Below are positions 27,345 through 35,800 of a stretch of DNA of 64,000 bases, in pieces (position 1 is the first letter of the stretch; every line of letters starts with the position of its first letter). Source of the DNA: a virus; the IMG/VR virus record IMGVR_UViG_3300014205_000225, positions 2,826-66,825 of that record. The stretch is one strand, 5' to 3'. The notes under the pieces are model-generated. The model saw only the letters and a list, made by a program, of their open reading frames with translations. It was not told the origin of the DNA and did no database searches. The translations under genes were made by a program, and so were the position numbers.

Positions 27345-27631
27345 CGTTGGCGCTGGGAAAAACGGTTAAACAACTGCTTGAGGAAATATCGAGTGCAGAA
27401 TTATCGGAGTGGATGGCTTATGAGGTGCTAGAGCCTTGGGGGGAAACCCGCGCAGACTATCGCGCCGGTGTAATCTCCTCCACTTACATAAACTGTAAAC
27501 TCAAGAAGGGGGCCAAAAAGCACAAACCGGCGGATTTTATGCCTCGGTTTGGTCCTCCTAAGAAGCAAAACCCAGAAGTGATAAAGGAATTGCTCATGGG
27601 TTTGGTATCAGTTACGAAACACAGGAAATAG
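27299..27631 (+). CDS. tail assembly chaperone C-terminal extension (GT) via -1 frameshift
   Basis: G GGA AAC slippery site at 27299-27305; -1 frame reads KLQHQPNRRFYFRLALALGKTV into ORF 27347..27631. Confidence 0.85.
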   Translation, partial: GKLQHQPNRRFYFRLALALGKTVKQLLEEISSAELSEWMAYEVLEPWGETRADYRAGVISSTYINCKLKKGAKKHKPADFMPRFGPPKKQNPEVIKELLMGLVSVTKHRK

Positions 27632-27643
27632 GGGGTAGCGGGG

Positions 27644-30289
27644 ATGGCGACGGTCGGTGTACTTGCAGTAATGTTGACGGCTAACCCCGCTGCTCTTGTC
27701 TCTGGGATTCGTTCTGCGCAAAATGCCGTAAATAATTTTTGCGACAATGGCCTGGACAAGATGCAAAAAAAGATGCAGCACGTAGAATCCCAAGGATTTG
27801 TACGTCTTCAAAAAGCTGCGCTTAGTTTCAAAAATGTTATGGCCTCCGGTATATTCGGAGTAGGGATTAAAAGTGTCATTGAAACAGGCATGGAATTTGA
27901 ACGCCTGGAATACAAGATGATTGCAGCAACCGGATCGGCGGCGCTTGCTGCAAACGAACTTGGGTTTGTACGATCAGAATCTGAGAGACTGGGGCTACGT
28001 CTAAAAGACGCGGCCAATATGTTTGGTACTCTGGCAGCAAGCGCCAAAGGGACAAGTCTTGAGGGAGAAAAAATACGGCAGGTATTTACTGCTGTTTCTG
28101 AAGCCGCTACGGTAATGAGGCTTTCCTCTGAAGATGTAAACGGCGCCCTGTATGCCATTTCGCAGATGATTAGCAAGGGTAAGGTTTCCATGGAAGAGCT
28201 TCGCCAGCAATTAGGCGAGCGCCTTCCAGGGGCTTTGTTACTTGCCCAGCGATCTATGGGATTGACTGGGGAAGAATTTGACAAGCTGATAACAAAAGGT
28301 GGTCTTACCGCAGACGTATTTCTTCCGAAATTGGCCGCAGAAATGCAACGTACCTACGGGGAAGCCGTCCCAAATGCGGTTAAGTCAACGCAAAGTGAAT
28401 TGAACAGGTTTTTAACTACCTGGGACGATATAGTAAATACGATTGCAAGAAGTGGCGTAATTGAAGCATTCCGTTTAATAATGAAAACTGCTGCGGAAGT
28501 TTTCAAATACATCAATTTTGTGACAAGTAATTTTGTGGCCCTCATTATAAAGGGGTTTAACATACTTGAGCGTGATTTGAAGACGGTTTGGGCGGAGATA
28601 GAGTTTACATGGAGAAGCGTTTGGGGTGAACTTATCTTCGATTTTTCCAGTGGTCTTGTTCAAATTGCAGAGGGTATCGACTGGATTAATGCAAAATTGA
28701 ACGGGGCTTCCGCACCATCTTCTACAAGTGGGATAAGAAAACTGGCTGAAGATATGTCTGCATACGGCAGGGACGCCGGAATGACCGTAGAGCAGTTTCA
28801 GGCGACAGCGGAAGCATATAGGAAAGAGGCGGAAAACTTAAATAAATCTGTGGATGAAATACTGTACGAACGATACCGCGCCCTTTACGAAAAACCAATT
28901 ATTCAAGCACCTATGACCCCAACTGTCGATCCCCCGACTACAAAAAAGGACGGCACGTTGTCTTCGTTAAGCAAAGACGCCGAAAAGGCTGACAAGGCTC
29001 TGGTACAATATAAAGAGCATTTGGAAGACCTACATGGGGAAATGGCTACTTGGGCGCAGGGTGTTGGCCCTACCGGATTTACCAAGGAAATTCAAGACGC
29101 AGAAAAGAAATACAAAGATGTTATCCAAAATATAGCAAAGTGGGGAAGAGATGCCCTAGAAAATGGGGTGCCTGCTAGTTTTATAAAGGAACAAACAGAA
29201 GCCGCAATGAAGATAGCGGAGGAAGCCAAGTCCTCTTACATGCGCTCTGCTTGGGAGCAAGAAGAGGCTGCTTATGCCGAAGAAAATAAGCGGTATGATG
29301 CGGAACAGGCGTCCCTTGCCAAGCAACAGCGGGAAATTGAAATAAATGAAAAATTGGCGGAGCTGGCCTTAGCAGAAAAGACGTACACAATGGGTACGTT
29401 AGATATTCTGGAAGAGAGAATAGCTGCACAAGAAGAGCTGCTTATATCGGAACAGGCATATTTAGAGACTATCAATAAACAAGAGAATCTCTCGGCATGG
29501 CGAGACCAACTAGCAGCCGTTAATGATGTGAAGCGGTCGCTTATCGAATTACGGGATGAGTACACCACTTTAACAGGTACAGCTATGGAGGGGGTTCAAC
29601 GTGGGTTGTCTAGCTACTATGCGGACCTAGAAAAAAACTCACCTTTTACTAGAATGGCTGGGTTGGCAAAATCTTCTGCGGAGTCAATGCACGGTGCATT
29701 TTCGGAAGGGTTCTTTTCGTTGATGAAAGGGGATTTTAATTCTCTATCGGGCACGTTTAAAAATTTTGTAGATGACCTTAGTCAAGCCTTCAATGAGACG
29801 ATCGCGGACATGCTTGCTGACTGGGCAATGGCGCAAGCAAAGGGACTTTTTTCAGCGGAAGGTGGTAGCACATCGCCAGCATCCAACTCCTCCTCGAAAT
29901 GGGGTGGGTGGCTATCTACTCTTGGTAGTATGGCTGCGTCTTATTTTGGAGGAGGTGGTGGATCTGCTGCTACTGACACAGGTGGATCGTTTGCTTCTGC
30001 GGACTCTTTCATGGCAACGGGAAATTATTCCGTATCCGGGAACCGTGCTTCTGGTGGGGTTGTCAACAAGAATGACATGTACCTTGTTGGGGAGCATGGA
30101 CCTGAATTATTTGTTCCATCCACTAAAGGTCGTATAGTAAATAATGACGACACATATTCACAACAATCTCCAATAATTGTGAATATGAATATAACTACCC
30201 CGGATGCAAATAGTTTCCGCGCATCCAATGCCCAGATAGCGGCGCAAGCTGCCAGCGCCCTTACCATAGCGGCTAGGAGGAATGGATGA
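27644..30289 (+). CDS. tail tape measure protein
   Basis: SQMISKGKVSMEELRQQLGERLPG, C-terminal RASGG..YLVGEHGPELFVP. Confidence 0.95.
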   Translation: MATVGVLAVMLTANPAALVSGIRSAQNAVNNFCDNGLDKMQKKMQHVESQGFVRLQKAALSFKNVMASGIFGVGIKSVIETGMEFERLEYKMIAATGSAALAANELGFVRSESERLGLRLKDAANMFGTLAASAKGTSLEGEKIRQVFTAVSEAATVMRLSSEDVNGALYAISQMISKGKVSMEELRQQLGERLPGALLLAQRSMGLTGEEFDKLITKGGLTADVFLPKLAAEMQRTYGEAVPNAVKSTQSELNRFLTTWDDIVNTIARSGVIEAFRLIMKTAAEVFKYINFVTSNFVALIIKGFNILERDLKTVWAEIEFTWRSVWGELIFDFSSGLVQIAEGIDWINAKLNGASAPSSTSGIRKLAEDMSAYGRDAGMTVEQFQATAEAYRKEAENLNKSVDEILYERYRALYEKPIIQAPMTPTVDPPTTKKDGTLSSLSKDAEKADKALVQYKEHLEDLHGEMATWAQGVGPTGFTKEIQDAEKKYKDVIQNIAKWGRDALENGVPASFIKEQTEAAMKIAEEAKSSYMRSAWEQEEAAYAEENKRYDAEQASLAKQQREIEINEKLAELALAEKTYTMGTLDILEERIAAQEELLISEQAYLETINKQENLSAWRDQLAAVNDVKRSLIELRDEYTTLTGTAMEGVQRGLSSYYADLEKNSPFTRMAGLAKSSAESMHGAFSEGFFSLMKGDFNSLSGTFKNFVDDLSQAFNETIADMLADWAMAQAKGLFSAEGGSTSPASNSSSKWGGWLSTLGSMAASYFGGGGGSAATDTGGSFASADSFMATGNYSVSGNRASGGVVNKNDMYLVGEHGPELFVPSTKGRIVNNDDTYSQQSPIIVNMNITTPDANSFRASNAQIAAQAASALTIAARRNG

Positions 30290-30912
30290 GTTTCATAGAG
30301 TCCCCAACATTTCCAGGTAAAGTAAGTTATGGGTCAACGGGTGGTCCAAGTTACCGCACCACTATTGTTGAAATGGTGAGCGGGCGAGAAAAACGAAACA
30401 TCGAATGGTCGCTACCGCGCATGAAGTATAATGCCGCCTTTGGGGTATGCACATTACAAGACCTGGAAACGGTTATTGCTTTTTTTCATGCTTGTTATGG
30501 GCGGGGGCACGCATTCCGGTACAAGGATTGGTCTGATTTTAAGAGTTGCGGCATAGAGGAAACTGTTTCCGCAACGGATCAGCTCATTGCATTTGGTGAT
30601 GGAAGCACAACGGCCTTTCAGTTACTCAAGGTATATACGGTAGGGACAGCGACCCTTGCTCGGGATATTACGAAACCTGTTTTTGGAACTGTAAAGATCG
30701 CAATCGAAGGAGTTGAACAAGCATCCGGATGGACCGTAAATACGACTACGGGGATTGTTACATTTTCTTCTGCGCCTGCTAATCTAGCACAAATCAGGGC
30801 AGGGTATGAATTTGACGTACCTGTACGCTTTGATAGCGACGAAATGCAGCTATCCCATTCGGATTGGAAATGTGGGACTTTGTCAATTCCAATAATTGAG
30901 GTGCGCCTGTGA
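30286..30912 (+). CDS. distal tail protein (DUF2460, GTA-like)
   Basis: YGSTGGP.YRT, SGREKRN, FRYKDWSD, FDVPVRFD. Confidence 0.9.
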   Translation: MSFIESPTFPGKVSYGSTGGPSYRTTIVEMVSGREKRNIEWSLPRMKYNAAFGVCTLQDLETVIAFFHACYGRGHAFRYKDWSDFKSCGIEETVSATDQLIAFGDGSTTAFQLLKVYTVGTATLARDITKPVFGTVKIAIEGVEQASGWTVNTTTGIVTFSSAPANLAQIRAGYEFDVPVRFDSDEMQLSHSDWKCGTLSIPIIEVRL

Positions 30913-31748
30913 AAGTTCTGACAACCAGTATCAGTAATCATTTGACTCAAGACGTGACCACGATCGCGACTTGTTGGGAAATTGCTAGAAGGGATGGTAT
31001 AACTTTGCGCTTTACCAGCCTTGACCAAGACCTGACCATCGGTGGTAACGTCTATTCGTCACTTGCGGGGTACACCCCCAGTGCCGTTGTTTCTACTAAT
31101 GACTTTGCCGTTGATAATATGACCGTGGACTCTGTTTTGGACGTGGACGTGATTACAGAGGAGGACTTGCTCGGTGGGATTTACGACGGTGCTTCGGTGC
31201 GGATTTTCCAAGTCAACTGGGCAGATCCTGATGGTGGTGAGATTGACCTAAAGACAGGTACCATTGGCGAGGTACGTATCGCCGGGGATCGCTTCGTCGT
31301 CGAGCTGCGCGGGCTGACCAGCGCCTTGCAGACGAGCATTGGAGAAGTATATAGCGCATCGTGCAGGGCTAGTTTTGGTGACTCACGTTGCAAGGTGCTG
31401 TTATCTACACTAGAAGTGGCCGGGGCTGTTACCGCTGTCAACACCCGTCTTGATATAGCGACAACTTTAACTCAAGAAGATGGCTATTTTACTTATGGTC
31501 GCATCGAATGGCTTACAGGGAATAATGTAGGACAAATGCTTGAGATAAAAGGGTTTGTTTCTTCGGTTGTGTCCATGGTGCTGCCGCCGCTGAACGACGT
31601 TGTTGTTGGGGACACTTTTAAAATTGTTCCTGGATGTGACCGTACACTAGATACCTGTGTCAGCCGTTGGGATAATGTACTTAATTTTCGTGGGGAGCCG
31701 TATGTTCCCGGTATTGAAGCCGTTATTGCCCCTGGGAGACGGACATGA
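30909..31748 (+). CDS. baseplate hub (DUF2163/BR0599, GTA-like)
   Basis: CWEIARRDG, CRASFGDSRC, GCDRTLDTC, NFRGEP. Confidence 0.9.
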   Translation: MKVLTTSISNHLTQDVTTIATCWEIARRDGITLRFTSLDQDLTIGGNVYSSLAGYTPSAVVSTNDFAVDNMTVDSVLDVDVITEEDLLGGIYDGASVRIFQVNWADPDGGEIDLKTGTIGEVRIAGDRFVVELRGLTSALQTSIGEVYSASCRASFGDSRCKVLLSTLEVAGAVTAVNTRLDIATTLTQEDGYFTYGRIEWLTGNNVGQMLEIKGFVSSVVSMVLPPLNDVVVGDTFKIVPGCDRTLDTCVSRWDNVLNFRGEPYVPGIEAVIAPGRRT

Positions 31749-32158
31749 TTAAACGACAGACCATTATCGACGCGGCGCGAACCTACCTGGGAACGCGCTT
31801 CAAACATCAGGGGAGGATCAAGGGCGCGGGTATCGATTGCGTCGGGCTGGTACTGTGCGTCGGTATCGACGTTGGGCTCGATCTTCCTCGTTATCTCGAT
31901 TACAGCCGACACCCGGACGGAAAGACCCTGCAAGACCGCCTCGAAACGCACATGCAGCGCATCCCAGAGGCCGACGCCCTGCCAGGTGACGTGCTGCTTT
32001 TTCGTGGTAAAAGCCAGCCCCAGCATGTCGGCATCATCTCAGCCCCTGGGTACATGGTTCACGCCCATTTGAGCTATCGTAAAGTGGTTGAACACCGCAT
32101 AGACGCCACTTGGCGGGCGTTGATTATCCGCCCATATCGTTACCCAGGGGTCGAGTAA
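31745..32158 (+). CDS. NlpC/P60 tail peptidase
   Basis: YLGTRFKHQGR..GIDCVGLV, QHVGI. Confidence 0.92.
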   Translation: MIKRQTIIDAARTYLGTRFKHQGRIKGAGIDCVGLVLCVGIDVGLDLPRYLDYSRHPDGKTLQDRLETHMQRIPEADALPGDVLLFRGKSQPQHVGIISAPGYMVHAHLSYRKVVEHRIDATWRALIIRPYRYPGVE

Positions 32159-32842
32159 ATGGCTAACGTCGTCTTTGGGGCAATTGGTGCTTGGATTGCC
32201 CCTTCAGGATATGCTGCGCTGGGCTATGCTATCGGTAGTGCTGCGGGAACCTACCTGGCTAATTCCTTGGCCAGCCCGTTGCAGCTACCTGATCAGATCG
32301 GTCCACGTCTCGGGGACTTGGCAATTCAGAGTAGTTCCTTGGGTAACTGCATCCCTGTAATCCATGGGTATTCGAAGATAGCCGGAAATATTATATGGAT
32401 GCCAGAACTGGAAGAAATACGTCACGAGGATACCCAAGAGATTGACGGTGGTAAGGGTGGTTCTAGCGGTGACAGCGAAGTGACGACGGTTTGGTACACC
32501 TATAAGGCTTATTGTGCCATCGCCCTTGCTGCCGGACTCATAACCAGTATTTTGCGTATTTGGGCGGATGATGTGCTGGTTTACGATATAGATACCATTG
32601 TAGAAACCAAAACGGTTGTTGGTGGGGTGGAGGTTATAACCACTGACATTCTAAATACCCTGCACCCACGTATATATCTTGGAACAGAAGACCAACTTCC
32701 AGACGCGCTCCTCGAATCTCGTATCGGCGTTGGGATGACCCCCGCCTTTCGCGGGCTGGCCTATGTGGTTTTTGACGGGATGCCGCTGGAAGCATACGGC
32801 AATCGCCTGCCGCTGTTTTCGTTCGAGATTGAGGGGATCTGA
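32159..32842 (+). CDS. stand-alone paralog of the tail-tip protein N-terminal region
   Basis: GPRL..L, IPVIHG, RIWAD, GTEDQLPD, PAFRGLAYVVF shared with next gene. Confidence 0.8.
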   Translation: MANVVFGAIGAWIAPSGYAALGYAIGSAAGTYLANSLASPLQLPDQIGPRLGDLAIQSSSLGNCIPVIHGYSKIAGNIIWMPELEEIRHEDTQEIDGGKGGSSGDSEVTTVWYTYKAYCAIALAAGLITSILRIWADDVLVYDIDTIVETKTVVGGVEVITTDILNTLHPRIYLGTEDQLPDALLESRIGVGMTPAFRGLAYVVFDGMPLEAYGNRLPLFSFEIEGI

Positions 32843-35800
32843 TGGGGTCGGTTTTTCAAGGGGCATTCCAGGGGGCATCAATCGGCGGGCAGGTCGGCGG
32901 TCCATGGGGCGCGGTCATCGGCGCGGTGGTCGGCGCCGCCGCCGGGGCGATCTACGCCCACAACAACACGGCCAACGCTCCGCAAGCCGCCATGGCCGGA
33001 CCCCCACGGCTCAACGAGCTGGGCATCACCGGCGCCACCCTGGGCAATCCCATCCCCCTGCTTTATGGAAGGAATAGAATATCTGGTCAATATCTTTGGA
33101 TGGCCGGAATTGAACAACGTGTCACGGTGGTTGAGCATGAGGTACAAACGACCAAGGACGACACCGATATTGTATATGAATACTTTTATCATTATTACCT
33201 GAGCTGTGCGTTTGCGCTGTGTCATGGTAAGGCAGTTGGGTTGCGTCGTATCTGGATGAGTGACCAGATTATATACGAAAATGGGGTGTATTTAAATCGC
33301 CCTGATATACAGGGGCACGATATTAATAATGAAACCCCTACGGAAAAAAATGCCGATAAGGACTGGGCTACTAATATCCGTTTTTACAGAGGGACAGAAG
33401 ATCAATTACCAGACGTAATGCTCGAAACCACCTTTGGTGTTGGAAAAACCCCGGCGTTTCGTGGTTTGGCTTACGTGGTTTTCGACAGGCTTTACCTGAC
33501 CACGACTCAGACAGGTTACTCGGCCATCTCCCTGCCAGAATTTAAATTCGAAATAGATGGCCAAAAGTGCATGGTCCATGCATATACTACAACAAGACCA
33601 AGTCCAGCGTTTTCCCTTAGTTACTATCGAAAACGCAGCGATGAATTTGTGTACGATTCTTTACGCTCTTCCGCTTTTTCCTCATACACAGCCAGGGATA
33701 TTTTGATTGGCGCTCGTACCCCGTTTTTAAAAGATGTGGAAAGCGCCCCTATTGTTTTTACAAAAGGTGCGCCAACAACCGAAGAAATACCAGCAGCGGA
33801 AATAATAGATGCGGTCCCATTGTTTCCAGCGTTTGCAGACGACCCATTAGATGAAACCCGTTGGAGTTACCAGCAAATTATCGACGATATGAAGGACATT
33901 GCTGCTACGTACCCATCCGCTGAATATGATGTGGTGGGGTACAGCGTCTTGGGGAGGGAAATAGGGGCTTTACGGTTGTTTGATGACGGCAGAAGGCCCA
34001 TAATCTGCATTAGTCAAGGGATACATGGGGATGAGCGGGATGCTGCGGCAGCCTGTTCTAAATTGTTGCGATCTGCGCTTTCTGGAGGGTCTACTCCTGT
34101 TTATAATGATTTGCGGGACTTGCTTTCCGGACAGGCCTCTCTCATATACAATGCTTTGAGGGAGTCCTTTTCCATATATTTGTTGGGTACCGTCAACCCA
34201 GATGGCATGACCGCCCCAGTTATTTCAGAGTATGGAGGGACAGGTACCCGTAACAACGCCAACGACGTGAACCTTAACCGCAACTGGCCCTATTACTGGT
34301 ACGTCAGCGGCGACACGGACAAAGGCGCATACCCGGCAAGCGAACCGGAAACATACCATATCATTAACTACCTTTCTAAAGTCGACACAGTTGTTGTTGA
34401 TGGGATGCTTTCTAGGGTATCGCGTGTTTCCAGAATTATTTGTCATTTGGACCTTCATGGATGGAACAGTCGCACAAGTTGGGGGTTACTAACAGAGCAA
34501 ATCTATCATGACAAGGATACTCAGCGAAACCAAAGAGCTGCGAATCTATTTGGGGATCATTTTCTAAGGGAATATGACTGGTCGAACCATACCCTAATCA
34601 ACGGTGTCCCGGCCCTGACTGAATTTCGTAGTGCCCGTAAGCCGTATATCTACACCTGGATTAAGAACCGCTCGCGGTGGGATTCCTTTTGCGGGCTACT
34701 CGAATACCCCCAGCACGAAAACGTCGGGGTCATTGCCTCGGCTTGTTACGCGATTCTTCTGGGTCTATGTGCCGCCGCCGTCGACGCCGAACAAGAAAAT
34801 CTCGGTGGCGCGGTCATCACCCCCGCCCTCGACCCGCCGCTGAATCAAAACTCGCTGCTGACCGCCTGGGATGCCGCCAATCGCCGCCCCAACTACTTCA
34901 GCGTCAACGGTTTGCGCCTGACCCAACTCAACCCGGCTGGACGTATTTATGTGCGTTCATACCGTCCAGAACAGGTCGGCTGGCCAATTCAGTTTTCCGG
35001 TGCTGGGTATGCCATAGCTAATGGTTGGTTTTATGTGATCGGTGGCGAAAACGACGCCTATTCACTACCATCATGCAACGGGGAAAGCCTGGAAACCGGC
35101 GTAAAGAGTTGGGATCAGGGTATACCTGTTTCCGCAACACATGGGGCGGCGACAAGCGATGGAATGAACCTTTATTTCGCCGGGGGCTATAACAACGCAA
35201 CCGCAAGCTACCTCGACGGTGTTTACCGCGCCGCTGCCCCGCCTTTGGTTTGGGACCGTGTTGCCACCCTGCCAGCCGGAGTGCAACGCTGTTCAATGGC
35301 CTTTTCTGGCGGCAAACTCTACCTCTCCGGGGGGCGTACCGCCTCAGGGTATCAAACCGCTATCTGGCGCATCGATCCCGCAACCGGCGTAACCGACCTG
35401 TTCGGCAACATGCTCACAGCTCGTGGCTGGCACACCAGCGCCGTTTACGACGGAAACCTCTATGTTTTCGGCGGGTGGGGTGGTGCAGAGACCCTGGCAA
35501 GCTGTGAAAAGATTAACCTGACGACCGGAGTCGCCACGGCCATCACCCCCATACCATTCAGCCGAGCCCAACAGGGTATTGGCACGGATGGGAACATGGC
35601 GTACCTTTGTTGCGGTCGTAGTGGCACAACCATATTTCCCACGGTCTATGCTTACGATATGGCGTCAGAAACTGTTTCCGAATTGACATACGCTATGGTA
35701 TCCATAACTGATGGTGACGATGGTGACGAACCAACTACATCTAAACCCTATCGCCTGAGCCCCGCTTGTTTTGTTCACCCAGACGACGGTACATTGGCGA

